Positions 18,846-28,535 of a stretch of DNA of 64,000 nt are shown here, one piece after another; positions within the stretch are counted from its first letter, which is position 1; each line of letters begins with the position of its first letter. Source of the stretch: a virus; the IMG/VR virus record IMGVR_UViG_3300045988_096244; one strand, 5' to 3'. The position numbers were made by a program, and so were the translations under genes. The notes under the pieces are model-generated. The model was not told where the DNA came from and ran no database searches. It worked only from the letters and a program-made list of their open reading frames with translations.

Positions 18846-20660
18846 ATGGCACAGAAGAATGAAACCGAAGTTGTAAATGGTGTAGTACAACCAAGGTTCT
18901 ATCAGGTGTACGGTGACTTGATAGAGTCTAAAGAGGTTATGGAACCTCTTGCTATAATGGGGGGTACAGGACCTATTTGTGGCTTCGACTGGGTAGATAC
19001 TACCCAACAGAACATAACCATAACCAGTATCTTCAAAAGGTCCGGTACTATGCCTTCGGGGATAGGCAATATCTTAGGCAAAGCCAGGAGAGTATTTCTT
19101 TCTAACAAGGATAACACTGCCGGCCAGGTATTCAATGCCTATACTACTCCAGACGGCTTATGTCATATAGCCCCTGACACTCTTACTTTCACAAGTGTAA
19201 GACCTGATGGGGGTTGGCCAAGCTTAACTAATCCTCAGAAGTTGGTAGCTTTTGCAGTAAAAGCGTCCCATACTTATCGTCAAGATGGTAGTGAGAATCC
19301 ACCGAGCATATCCAATTTTGGATGTGGGTGGATAACTTTCGACAATGCCTATGGATTGGAGGAAATACTTTCTTGGGGGTATGGAAGAATGCTAAGTCTG
19401 TTAGAAGACTCTAACATACCTTTCAATAAAGATACAGACACTCTCATAGGAATATACTTGGTAGGTTGGAGACCCGAATGGAACCGTGATGAAGTAAGCC
19501 TTAGGTATAAGGATATCATGGCATCACTGAACTACACTCTTTGCTTAGTACCCTACAATGGTCAGTTCCCGGTAAAACCCTATGGACTCAATCCTCTTGA
19601 TTTACTTGACCTGAAGAGTCGAGTTAAGGCCCTGGAGGAGAGTACGGTTCCTACTGATATAAGTGTATTGACTCGGTACTTAAACACTCAGATGAACAGT
19701 CAGGGTAAGGGTATAGAGATAGAGTACTCCATTAGTAATAGAGATGACTATGAAGTATACACGTTTAGCAAATTGGTTATCAACGGGTGTGTATTGGCTA
19801 AACCTTCAGCTCCAGTAAGCAAACAGATATCATATCAATGGAGAGAAGGTAGTCCTTGTATATGTATATATACTACAGCATCTGTATTAACTAACGCTTC
19901 TCTCACTCCAGCTCAATGGGGTATAAAGAGTGGAAATACTAATGTGGATTACAATGCAGAATTTTGGGATGGCTCATTTAATAAGTTAGGTATGAACCTA
20001 CCAAGCAATGCTACTTTGGTAGCAGTATTCGAAATAAGTTCCCCAGACGTAAATGCTTTAGTACTCCCGGAACATGCCTACAGCCTTCTCAACAATGAAA
20101 AGGTAGATGGTCTTACAAGGGCCATACTCGGATTGTTTAGGTATACCTTCGAGAAAGGTAATACTGGTTTAGATACCAGCGTAGAGCAAACTACCTCAGG
20201 AAGCGGTGGTACTCGGTCAAGGTTAACGGTAGATGCTCATTACCATAATGGAGTGGCAATATTTGACTTAACCGAGATTATGTTCTCCGGATGTCCGTCC
20301 TTTAAAGATGTGGCTGTGAACGTGACCGACCTGTTAACTAATAAAGATTCAAGGTGGGGTCCTATCTTAACTCAAATAGCTAAAAAGTATCACTCGGGTA
20401 CTTATGGATATGGGCCATATATGCAGAAGTATGGTGATACAGCTTACTACATTGAAATCTATCCAAACCTCTTTACTACAAGTGATCTGGAATCGTTCAG
20501 GGTAACGGTATCCGGAAACAATGGTACTTCTGGCAGTGATTTAAGGGCTTATAAAGTACAACTTACCTTTGTAGTGGGCGATGTTGGAAAGGATACTCTT
20601 ACCAATGATGCGCGCCTACTTTTGGCATGTCTTAACAATCCTTTCAAATCGAATTATTAA
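18846..20660 (+). CDS. putative tail fibre / receptor-binding protein
   Basis: 604-aa last ORF of the structural block; position only. Confidence 0.3.
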   Translation: MAQKNETEVVNGVVQPRFYQVYGDLIESKEVMEPLAIMGGTGPICGFDWVDTTQQNITITSIFKRSGTMPSGIGNILGKARRVFLSNKDNTAGQVFNAYTTPDGLCHIAPDTLTFTSVRPDGGWPSLTNPQKLVAFAVKASHTYRQDGSENPPSISNFGCGWITFDNAYGLEEILSWGYGRMLSLLEDSNIPFNKDTDTLIGIYLVGWRPEWNRDEVSLRYKDIMASLNYTLCLVPYNGQFPVKPYGLNPLDLLDLKSRVKALEESTVPTDISVLTRYLNTQMNSQGKGIEIEYSISNRDDYEVYTFSKLVINGCVLAKPSAPVSKQISYQWREGSPCICIYTTASVLTNASLTPAQWGIKSGNTNVDYNAEFWDGSFNKLGMNLPSNATLVAVFEISSPDVNALVLPEHAYSLLNNEKVDGLTRAILGLFRYTFEKGNTGLDTSVEQTTSGSGGTRSRLTVDAHYHNGVAIFDLTEIMFSGCPSFKDVAVNVTDLLTNKDSRWGPILTQIAKKYHSGTYGYGPYMQKYGDTAYYIEIYPNLFTTSDLESFRVTVSGNNGTSGSDLRAYKVQLTFVVGDVGKDTLTNDARLLLACLNNPFKSNY

Positions 20661-20729
20661 ACTGAACCCTAGTTGAGTTGGTTAAGTGGGGTTGGAGTGA
20701 GGTTAGAGATAACCTTGCTCTGGCCTTTT

Positions 20730-21377
20730 TCATTGTTTAAGGTCTATGGCAGCTTGTTCTAAGGTCTTCTGTATAGTCTTTCGCATTTGAGAGAACATGT
20801 TGACTGCAAACTTATCCCGGGGCAACTCAAAGTAATCAATCAAGTGAAGGATAGATAACTTACCGTGGGAATCCTTGATACGAGCCTCAAACCATTTGGG
20901 AGGTTCTAATTGTATTTGCATCACCAGGTATTCATCCGGAGTAAGATGCTCTTTCATATACTTATGGAATCTTTGAGATTGCTCTTCTTTAATTCGAGTC
21001 TCTTCGGAATCATCCAATAACTCTTTATTATTATCGAATAGAACTTCGAAAGAAGTCAACTCTTGATTGAACTCAGCCTGTTTGGTATAAGCATTCCGAA
21101 GCAACTTACTTTTATAAGTTTGCAAGGAAGATAAGAGAGTTGCCTTTAACCTCTCTTCATCATATTCGTCTTGGTATTTATTAAATACATACAAGAACTT
21201 ATCCCAGAAAAAAGAGTTAATTATATCGGGAGTAAGATTGAATCTTCTGGAATCCACTCCCCTTGTCAGCCTACGGATTAAAGGTTTGCAGGTTTTATAC
21301 AACCTATTAAACAAATCCTCATCATAGGGTTTTAATTCTGTTAATCTGTGTAGTTCACTTCCGTTGTTGCCTTTCAT
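20730..21377 (-). CDS. ECF-sigma-like transcription factor (regions 2 and 4-like)
   Basis: Only convincing - strand gene. LFNRLYKTCKPLIRRLTRG..DIINSFFWDKF...LRNAYTK is region-2-like; EHLTPDEYLVMQ..SILHLIDYF..MRKTIQKTLEQ is region-4-like. Start set at MKGNNG because a TATATTTG box lies inside the longer ORF. Confidence 0.45.
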   Translation of the reverse strand: MKGNNGSELHRLTELKPYDEDLFNRLYKTCKPLIRRLTRGVDSRRFNLTPDIINSFFWDKFLYVFNKYQDEYDEERLKATLLSSLQTYKSKLLRNAYTKQAEFNQELTSFEVLFDNNKELLDDSEETRIKEEQSQRFHKYMKEHLTPDEYLVMQIQLEPPKWFEARIKDSHGKLSILHLIDYFELPRDKFAVNMFSQMRKTIQKTLEQAAIDLKQ

Positions 21378-21384
21378 AGTAGTA

Positions 21385-21410
21385 AAGTTATTTACAATGC
21401 AAATATAATA
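21385..21410 (-). promoter_or_regulatory. -7-type TATATTTGCA box for the - strand gene
   Basis: + strand caaatata at 21400-21407 is TATATTTG on the - strand, 23 nt upstream of ATG 21377. Confidence 0.4.
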
Positions 21411-21552
21411 TAATAAGTAACCACTTGTATGAATTTTTATCAAAATATTTCACCGTCTGTGTTCAAGTTAGTTCAAAGATGAGCTCAGGGAACTATATTA
21501 TCTAGCAGATACTATTGGTTATACACTTATGAATATTATATAATATATATAT

Positions 21553-23019
21553 ATGAAACAAAATAGGGTAAAGAAAAGGTTAAACTCCTGTAACAAGTTC
21601 ACATTCTCTATTGAGTTTCAATTGGAAGTACTCAGGTTTTTAATACAAGGGAAGGAATCTCTCTTGTATGTTCAAAAGATAAAACCTGGGTACTTTACTT
21701 TGATTGAACACTCGATAGTGGTAGAAGCCTTGGTAAAGTTCGTAAAGAAATATCAACGAATCCCAAGTGAGGTTTTAATGGTAGAGCAGGTAAAAACTTT
21801 ATTGGAAGGTAGGGATTATGTAGACTTGGTTACCAAGGACGACATCCCCAATATTCATAAGTTAATATCCGAGCTTTATAATAAGCCTTTGAAGGACGTA
21901 GATATCGTATTAGAGAACATTCATAAGTTCATTGCTTATATCGAATTGAAGGCTTTGAACGAGAGTATGGACTTCTCTGATTACAATTCATACGAAACTT
22001 ATCAAGCTAAGTTAACCAAAATACTCCAAAGTTCAAAGCCCCAGAAAAAAGATGAACCATTACTTATGGTTAGTGGAACTGCAATGCGTCAGCTTATGAG
22101 AAAAGTTGACCCGGATGTAGTACCTACTCCTTTCTGGCAATTAAATAGATTGGGTAATGGAGATGGCTATCCTAAGAATTCTCTATTCGTTTTAATTGAC
22201 CGACCTAAACGGAGAAAGACATTTGCTCTCATCAATATTGCAAGAGGTTATCTGGCAATGAAAAAGAATGTTCTTTACATTGATACCGAGAACGGTAAGA
22301 ATCAGTTAATGGACCGTATGATTCAGTCTACTCTTAACAAAACTAAGAGAGAGATGTTAACTGGTGATTACGATAAGATGGAGCAAAGGCACATGCGTAA
22401 ATATAAACGTTTAGGTGTAGAGTTTATAGTCGAACGTGTACCTGCAACCATTGCTGATTGTAATACCATTATGAACTTGGTTAGGAAATTGGAAACTGAG
22501 AAAGGTATCAAGGTACATGTCATCATGATTGACTATGCTGCAAAGTTAGCCTCTATAGCCAGAGATAGAGATGATGTGGAACGTATCAACAATGTATATA
22601 TAGATATAGATAATATGGGTGATGAGTTAGGGCTTGATGCGGTATGGACTGCCCAACACGTTACCAGAGAAGGTGCTAAGCATCAAGAAACCAAGTACGA
22701 GGATAATGATATAGCATCTGCTATATCTATCATAAGGAATGCAAAATGCGTCATGGGATTAAACTCTACTCAAGATGAAGAGGAACATAACATTATGAGA
22801 ATGGAAGTTGTAGTTCAGAGGGATGGAGTTCCAAGTGGTAGGGTAATGTTTAATATGGACCCAGAAAGACAACGTATGAAAGAGTTCTCAAAAGAAGCTC
22901 GGGCAAAGTATGATGAGTCCATAGGTAAACAGGTAGATGACTTACTTAAGAAAAGGAAAAGGGTAAGCAATCCCAATGCAGACCCCGAAAAGAGAAGTAA
23001 AACCTCAGGAGATATTTAG
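21553..23019 (+). CDS. DnaB-like replicative helicase (atypical P-loop)
   Basis: DnaB-like N-domain (FQLEVLRFLIQ..YFTLIEHSIVVEAL) and RecA-like C-domain (VIMIDYAAKL Walker B-like, WTAQHVTREG); Walker A reads DRPKRRKT. Confidence 0.6.
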   Translation: MKQNRVKKRLNSCNKFTFSIEFQLEVLRFLIQGKESLLYVQKIKPGYFTLIEHSIVVEALVKFVKKYQRIPSEVLMVEQVKTLLEGRDYVDLVTKDDIPNIHKLISELYNKPLKDVDIVLENIHKFIAYIELKALNESMDFSDYNSYETYQAKLTKILQSSKPQKKDEPLLMVSGTAMRQLMRKVDPDVVPTPFWQLNRLGNGDGYPKNSLFVLIDRPKRRKTFALINIARGYLAMKKNVLYIDTENGKNQLMDRMIQSTLNKTKREMLTGDYDKMEQRHMRKYKRLGVEFIVERVPATIADCNTIMNLVRKLETEKGIKVHVIMIDYAAKLASIARDRDDVERINNVYIDIDNMGDELGLDAVWTAQHVTREGAKHQETKYEDNDIASAISIIRNAKCVMGLNSTQDEEEHNIMRMEVVVQRDGVPSGRVMFNMDPERQRMKEFSKEARAKYDESIGKQVDDLLKKRKRVSNPNADPEKRSKTSGDI

Positions 23020-23043
23020 ATAAACCTTAATAATTAAAATTGT

Positions 23044-23256
23044 ATGGCACGAGTTATCGATTCTATGGATTTAGCTAAGTTTGGAGAAGGCGTTACATCT
23101 TGTAACAAGTGTAAAAAGGTAATAGCCTTCAATAAGAAGGAAATATTTTTAGACTTAAGCTATAGTCCAGGACATGATGGAGAAGAAAGTGTTAGATGTC
23201 CTCAATGCAATTCGGTATTACATGTAGGAAAGTTTCACGCCACTGAACACATGTAA
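23044..23256 (+). CDS. small zinc-ribbon protein
   Basis: CNKCKK...CPQCNS, a pair of CxxC motifs in 70 aa. Confidence 0.5.
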   Translation: MARVIDSMDLAKFGEGVTSCNKCKKVIAFNKKEIFLDLSYSPGHDGEESVRCPQCNSVLHVGKFHATEHM

Positions 23257-23258
23257 TT

Positions 23259-23618
23259 ATGAATATCAGGTTACTTAGGATATTCCGGAGAAGAGCTTCA
23301 AAGGAAATCTGTATCAGAAGACAACCTGGTAAAAGGTACGAGATAGTATGTCCATCTGAGGATGCTCCATTAGGGTATTTCTTTAGAGATTGGGTACCTA
23401 TCAACTCTCAGCTTGCCTCAGTAACTTGGGAAAAGGTTATCCCTAACGGCAAAGACTTTCACGATAGATCTTTGGGTTATAGGTCCGACTGTTGCGTACC
23501 TTTTAAGAACACTTTCTTAAGCCTGGAGGAAGCCGAGGAAGAGTTGGTAAAGATAAGAAGAGGTTACATAATTCATCATTTGGTTTCGGAATTATGTAAA
23601 AGACTACCAGTTAGATAA
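23259..23618 (+). CDS. hypothetical protein
   Basis: 119-aa ORF, 3 nt after the previous stop. Confidence 0.5.
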   Translation: MNIRLLRIFRRRASKEICIRRQPGKRYEIVCPSEDAPLGYFFRDWVPINSQLASVTWEKVIPNGKDFHDRSLGYRSDCCVPFKNTFLSLEEAEEELVKIRRGYIIHHLVSELCKRLPVR

Positions 23619-23623
23619 CAACT

Positions 23624-23657
23624 ACCCGGCTATGGTTTACATAGCCGGGTATTTTCG
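23624..23657 (+). terminator. rho-independent terminator
   Basis: Perfect 11-bp stem acccggctatg/catagccgggt, 5-nt loop, then attttcgtt. Confidence 0.75.
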
Positions 23658-23665
23658 TTGATGAT

Positions 23666-24193
23666 ATGAAACTCAATAGCAATATCAAAGGTTTTCCTTT
23701 ATACCATGTCACTAAATATGGAAAGGTATATAATATAAAGCGCAGTCGTGAAGTAACCATACATCCACACTATCGTACCGGTAGAAATATAGTTCATCTG
23801 TACTCTAATGGGAAAAGGTATAATCTGAAAGTATACAGGTTAGTAGCCGAGGCCTATATACCTAATCCGGAAAATAAGCCCTGTGTATGTCATAAGGATA
23901 ACGACAAGTCTAACGATGGAGTAGAGAATTTATACTGGGGTACGTACAAAGAGAATTCTCAGCAGATGGTTAGAGAGGGTAGAAGTACAAAGGGCCAACA
24001 CCGCAAAGGTATTAAACAACCGAGATGTTTCAGAAATCCTCGTTCAGTACTCACTAAAGTTAGATATCAGACTTTATTAAAATGTATAGGTGATAAGACT
24101 AAACTAAAAGCTTTAGTTAAAGCTTGGGGTATATCAACACGCAGTATGAATAGATATGTACATAAAATAAAGACTGGGTATTATGAAGCTTAA
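23666..24193 (+). CDS. HNH homing endonuclease (NUMOD4 + HNH_3 + C-terminal HTH), intact copy
   Basis: GFPLYHVTKYGKVYN..YRLVAEAYIPNPENKPCVCHKDNDKSNDGVENLYWGTYKENSQQM; inserted between helicase-region genes and the primase. Confidence 0.8.
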   Translation: MKLNSNIKGFPLYHVTKYGKVYNIKRSREVTIHPHYRTGRNIVHLYSNGKRYNLKVYRLVAEAYIPNPENKPCVCHKDNDKSNDGVENLYWGTYKENSQQMVREGRSTKGQHRKGIKQPRCFRNPRSVLTKVRYQTLLKCIGDKTKLKALVKAWGISTRSMNRYVHKIKTGYYEA

Positions 24194-25136
24194 TGGTAAT
24201 TTCAAGGGTAGGCTCCATCAATACTTTATGAGAAAGATAGGGGCATTTGACTACAGACACTCGTGGATGAAGTCAGACTGCCCGTATTGTGGCGGAGAGA
24301 AGAAGTTCGGTATCAACCTTTCAAACAATCGGTGTAATTGCTTTAAGTGTGGTGAGCATCCTTCTCCAATAAGCCTGGTAATGTATCTGGAGAATACGGA
24401 TAGTTTTCATGAAGTACTTTCTATACTGGAATCAAGTGATTATTCTGGATATGTTTTCAAGGAAGAGAAGGTTGAGTTAAAAGGTAAGAAGGAGTTCTTT
24501 CTTCCCGATGGCTTTAAGAATATATCCATGGGCACCTCTCTATTAGCAAGGTCAGCCAGGAACTACCTTAAGAAACGTGGGTTTAATATAGAGGAGTTAG
24601 CTCGTAAGGGATGGGGATACTGTAATACTGGAAAGTATCTCGGATATATCATTATACCATTCACGGAGCATGGGCAATTAACTTACTTCAATGCCCGATT
24701 ATATATGGGCGCTGGTCCTAAATATAACAACCCAGAAGTAGATATAACGGGTTTGGGAAAGAGTTTTATTATATATAATGCAGATGCTCTAGAAATATAC
24801 CGAACCATTTTTATTTGTGAGGGTGCAATCAATGCAGAAACCCTGGGAGAGAATGGGATTGCAACTGGTGGTAAAGCAGTATCAAGGTATCAAGTAAATC
24901 GCTTAATTAAAAGTCCAGTTGAGAAATTTATCATATTGATTGACCCTGATGCTAAAGATAAGTCATTGGACTTGGCATTCAAATTAGTGCCTTTCAAAAA
25001 GGTAAAGGTGGTATTCCTACCAGATAATGAGGATGTCAATTCTTTGGGTAAGCGTAGGACTTTAGAATATGTACGAAAGACGACATATCAGACTTATCAA
25101 GAACTTTTAACTATAAAATCAGAATTGAAATTGTGA
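24183..25136 (+). CDS. DNA primase (zinc finger + TOPRIM)
   Basis: CPYCGGEKKFGINLSNNRCNCFKCGEH zinc finger; ICEGAINAETL and ILIDPDAKDKS TOPRIM motifs. Confidence 0.8.
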   Translation: MKLNGNFKGRLHQYFMRKIGAFDYRHSWMKSDCPYCGGEKKFGINLSNNRCNCFKCGEHPSPISLVMYLENTDSFHEVLSILESSDYSGYVFKEEKVELKGKKEFFLPDGFKNISMGTSLLARSARNYLKKRGFNIEELARKGWGYCNTGKYLGYIIIPFTEHGQLTYFNARLYMGAGPKYNNPEVDITGLGKSFIIYNADALEIYRTIFICEGAINAETLGENGIATGGKAVSRYQVNRLIKSPVEKFIILIDPDAKDKSLDLAFKLVPFKKVKVVFLPDNEDVNSLGKRRTLEYVRKTTYQTYQELLTIKSELKL

Positions 25137-25975
25137 TGGCAAAAAGAGAACCTTCTATACATATATCAAGGGTTACCTTTTCACGGATATTCAAAGAAGT
25201 GATGGGCAGGTCTCTTGGTGATAAGTTCATTGATGAATTCTTCTATAAGGCAAGGCAATCCTCATTAGACCATCGTTCAGTGGTAGGGGAGAATAAAAAG
25301 GTACAAACTCAAGCTGTTCGTAGAGCTTCAGGAAGTATAGGGGATGCAAACTTATTAGCAGATATCATCTATTCCACTAGAGTTCAGCTCAAACATATAG
25401 GAGTAACCAAGATAAAGCAAACTGATGTGCAATGGGCATCAGTTAAAGAATTGGTACCTGTTGTAAATGAATTCTGTCAAAAGTTTGGATTCGAACCTCG
25501 TCAGGGATATATAGAGTTTGTAACTACTGGTATTAAACTCATGTCTCAGGCAAAGAAGGTGAACTATAACTTCTGTGCTAATTGGTTACATCAGAGAGTG
25601 AATTGGATTATGGATGTATATGAGGCTGAAAAGGAAGTGAAGGAAGATAAATATCCCAAATTCACTCGGGAAGTATATGAACATTATACTAAAGAGATTC
25701 TTGATAGAGTAGGTATCAATAACACCTATGACAAGAATCCTCAAGAGTACGTATGGTTTGTAAGAGCAAGGAATCTTGCAGATGAGATGGGTATTGACTA
25801 TGAAACATTTGTACAGGCTCAGTTTTATGCACTAGAGTTCTGTAATGGTATACCCAAGATAGAAGACCTATCAAATGATAAGGCTCGTCAAAGGGTAATA
25901 AACTATATGGCAAAATTCAATATTGTATCACGCCCAAAGGTTGATAACACCAACTGGGATGATTTTAAGAAATAA
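25136..25975 (+). CDS. hypothetical replication-module protein
   Basis: 279-aa ORF; its ATG overlaps the primase TGA. Confidence 0.5.
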   Translation: MAKREPSIHISRVTFSRIFKEVMGRSLGDKFIDEFFYKARQSSLDHRSVVGENKKVQTQAVRRASGSIGDANLLADIIYSTRVQLKHIGVTKIKQTDVQWASVKELVPVVNEFCQKFGFEPRQGYIEFVTTGIKLMSQAKKVNYNFCANWLHQRVNWIMDVYEAEKEVKEDKYPKFTREVYEHYTKEILDRVGINNTYDKNPQEYVWFVRARNLADEMGIDYETFVQAQFYALEFCNGIPKIEDLSNDKARQRVINYMAKFNIVSRPKVDNTNWDDFKK

Positions 25976-25979
25976 GGTT

Positions 25980-26093
25980 ATGAAAAAGAAGATTGATAGG
26001 GAAGCTATAGCTTTCTATGTTATTCTGTCAGGTATTATTGTAATGGGGATTTTATTCCTTGCCCATCTCTTCATATTAACTCTACACTCATGA
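25980..26093 (+). CDS. small membrane protein (37 aa)
   Basis: MKKKIDREAIAFYVILSGIIVMGILFLAHLFILTLHS; stop overlaps the helicase ATG (ATGA); below the ORF-track cutoff. Confidence 0.4.
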   Translation: MKKKIDREAIAFYVILSGIIVMGILFLAHLFILTLHS

Positions 26094-27517
26094 TAACTAT
26101 CACCATAAAGAACTGTAATGTTTGTGAAATTTCTGGCCCAGCTAAGTTCACAAATAAATTATATGAGATGTTCCGGATTAAGCATCCGGATGCTTGGCAT
26201 ATAATGATGTATAGTAGGGCAAAGAATTGGGATGGGTATGTAAAGTATATCTCAGATTATGGGCAATTCAAAATAGGCCTTTTGAATAAGGTTTATAATG
26301 AATGCCTCAAGATGGGTCAAAAGGTAAAAATTATAGATAATAGACCCCCGTTAGGAATTAAACCAGTAATTCCAACAGTTATGGGGGATAAAGAATTACG
26401 GGAAGTACAAAGGGAAGCTCTAGAAAAGATACTGTATAATAAGGTTGGAAATACTCCTTTTCTTATTTGTGCATCCGACTTGGCAGTTAACTTCGGAAAG
26501 ACTTTGGTGTTCTGTGGATTGCATCAAGCATTCAAGAGGAAGTTGAAGACTGTCTTGCTGTTGAATAGTGCAGACTTATTCAAGCAATTCAAGAGGGAGA
26601 TTCCAGAGTTACTACCTGGAGAGAAGGTAGCATTTATCCAGGGGAGTAAATGTAGTGAGTGGGGCAACTTTAACGTTTGTATGGTTCAATCTCTGGCAGG
26701 CAACATAAACAGGTATCAAAAGTTCCTTTCGGAAATAGACATGGTACTTATAGATGAGGCTGACGTGATTGACAATAAAACTTATAAGACAGTAATACAA
26801 CATCTGTATAACTCAAGAGTAAGAGTGGGATTGAGTGGTACCCTTTATATGAGTGAGCTCAAGAAGAAGCTGGTTCACAACATGAATATCATGTCATTTA
26901 TTGGTGATAGAGTAAACCAGGTGAAACTGGCTGAGATGATTGATAAGGGGTACTCTACTCCCATTATCTGTAAGTTGGTATATGCCCATTACAAGTATAC
27001 CAAAGATGGGGATTATCCCACCGAATATAAGGAAGTGATATCGGATAATGTAAAAGCTTGGCGATTGTCTTTGTCTCGTACTAAGTATAACATCCGACGA
27101 AAAAGATTGCCGGCACTCATTGTATGTAAGTTCATTGGTCATTGTGAAAACCTTTATAGGTACTACGTTAAACATCTCGGAAATCAATACAATATACAAT
27201 ATGTCCATCACAAGACAAAAGGGCGAGATGAAATTCTACAAGCTTTCAGAGAGGGGAAAATAGATATACTAATCGCTACCACGATTATTTCTAGAGGTCA
27301 AAACTTCCCTGAATTGAAATATCTGCAGAACACAGCATCAATGGATTCTAATGAAAAATCCTTGCAGATATTGGGCCGACTTGCAAGAACTCACATGAAC
27401 AAAAAGAAAGCTTATTTGGACGACCTTCAATTCCCAGGTAGTTATCTAAAGAGACATGGGAACCATCGTAAGAACTACTACATGAAGGAGAAGTTGAAGG
27501 TAATTAAGATTGAATGA
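26090..27517 (+). CDS. SF2 DEAD/DEAH-box helicase
   Basis: NFGKTLVF (Walker A), LIDEADVI (motif II), LSGTL (III), TTIISRGQNFPEL (VI). Confidence 0.75.
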   Translation: MITITIKNCNVCEISGPAKFTNKLYEMFRIKHPDAWHIMMYSRAKNWDGYVKYISDYGQFKIGLLNKVYNECLKMGQKVKIIDNRPPLGIKPVIPTVMGDKELREVQREALEKILYNKVGNTPFLICASDLAVNFGKTLVFCGLHQAFKRKLKTVLLLNSADLFKQFKREIPELLPGEKVAFIQGSKCSEWGNFNVCMVQSLAGNINRYQKFLSEIDMVLIDEADVIDNKTYKTVIQHLYNSRVRVGLSGTLYMSELKKKLVHNMNIMSFIGDRVNQVKLAEMIDKGYSTPIICKLVYAHYKYTKDGDYPTEYKEVISDNVKAWRLSLSRTKYNIRRKRLPALIVCKFIGHCENLYRYYVKHLGNQYNIQYVHHKTKGRDEILQAFREGKIDILIATTIISRGQNFPELKYLQNTASMDSNEKSLQILGRLARTHMNKKKAYLDDLQFPGSYLKRHGNHRKNYYMKEKLKVIKIE

Positions 27518-27541
27518 ACCCTAATTACTCGTGTATACATA

Positions 27542-27592
27542 TATACCCGTATACAAGCACATAGGGATAATATCCCCGATATACGGGTATAC
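27542..27592. repeat. 12-nt inverted repeat TATACCCGTATA / TATACGGGTATA enclosing the mini-palindrome GGGATA-A-TATCCC
   Basis: 27542-27553 and 27580-27591; inner palindrome 27564-27576; several GTATAC palindromes. Confidence 0.6.
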
Positions 27593-27603
27593 GGTATATA
27601 GTT

Positions 27604-27647
27604 ACCTCTAAAATCGGTAACATATATACTTACAGAAATTTTAGAGG
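27604..27647 (+). promoter_or_regulatory. hairpin that can sequester the AGGAGG ribosome-binding site of the next gene
   Basis: cctctaaaat(27604-27613)/attttagagg(27638-27647); the right arm runs into gaggagg 4 nt before ATG 27652. Confidence 0.45.
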
Positions 27648-27651
27648 AGGT

Positions 27652-28110
27652 ATGAAAATAAAATGTCACTATTTTGAAATGAAAAAGGTAAATCACATAA
27701 AGGTATTAGATGAGCTATTAAACGAATTCGAATTCAAGTACGGCAGTAGGGTTCAAAATAAAATGTTTGTGAACCAGTTATTTAGGTATCTGGTTAATCA
27801 TGGGGTGGATGTTGATAAGTACGTAGGGTTTGGTAAAGGTACAAAAAGAGATTCTCAAAAGATACATTTAGTGTTTGAGTATGAAGGCTTTACCTATGCT
27901 GTGGACCTTAGCCGAAAATACCCGAGAAGATATTCTTTAGAAAAACTATCGGAGGTCCCAGATTCGTTTGTAAAAGTTCTCTTCATAATTGATGGAGAAT
28001 ATAGATGGAGAGTAAGGTCAGAAGATAATTCAGTAAATATCGTGTACTCTTCTAAATTAGCTAAAGAAAATACCAGCCGTAACCCAAGTAGAAAGTCTAT
28101 TAGATACTAA
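27652..28110 (+). CDS. hypothetical protein
   Basis: 152-aa ORF with a strong SD (aggagg). Confidence 0.55.
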   Translation: MKIKCHYFEMKKVNHIKVLDELLNEFEFKYGSRVQNKMFVNQLFRYLVNHGVDVDKYVGFGKGTKRDSQKIHLVFEYEGFTYAVDLSRKYPRRYSLEKLSEVPDSFVKVLFIIDGEYRWRVRSEDNSVNIVYSSKLAKENTSRNPSRKSIRY

Positions 28111-28132
28111 CGATAATCAAACACTCAAATAT

Positions 28133-28534
28133 ATGGCGAAGAAAAAGAAAGACAAATTTAATGAAGTAAGGGGAGAACTTGAGACCGGAGATATCCTGGA
28201 ACCTATGGACATCACCAAATTAGGTTCAGGTAATGACCCTTGCTTCGGTAAGCATTACGACCTTTCAACCAAGGAATGTAAGATGTGCGGGGATTCAGAA
28301 CTCTGTTGCATTAAGTTCACAGCTCTCATGGGTAAAACCCGTAAGGAGTTGGAAGCAGAGACTCAGTTCAAGGATTTGGAACCTCTCATAGATATGGAAG
28401 GTTGTAAAAAGTATTATCGTAAACTGGTAAGGGAAAAACTCGGTAAGAAGGAAATACTCGATAAGCTTCAGAGTAAGTTCGAGTTATCCCGTAAGGAAGC
28501 AAGAGACTTATATCGTAAATTTAACAGTAAATAA
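28133..28534 (+). CDS. hypothetical Cys-rich, Lys-rich protein
   Basis: CFGKHYDLSTKECKMCGDSELCC cluster; 133 aa. Confidence 0.5.
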   Translation: MAKKKKDKFNEVRGELETGDILEPMDITKLGSGNDPCFGKHYDLSTKECKMCGDSELCCIKFTALMGKTRKELEAETQFKDLEPLIDMEGCKKYYRKLVREKLGKKEILDKLQSKFELSRKEARDLYRKFNSK

Positions 28535-28535
28535 C

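Noticed and set aside
225-20000. Numerous antisense or alternative-frame ORFs inside structural genes (e.g. 225..560-, 5266..5574-, 5683..6051-, 9426..9779+, 9789..10052-, 13278..13577-, 18251..18610-)
   Set aside because: Each is fully embedded in a longer, motif-supported + strand gene. Their composition is typical of frame shadows.
20661-20729. Possible bidirectional terminator between the convergent fibre gene and the minus-strand sigma-like gene
   Set aside because: Only a weak 5-bp stem (ggtta/taacc) and a T5 run were found, so I could not support a convincing hairpin.
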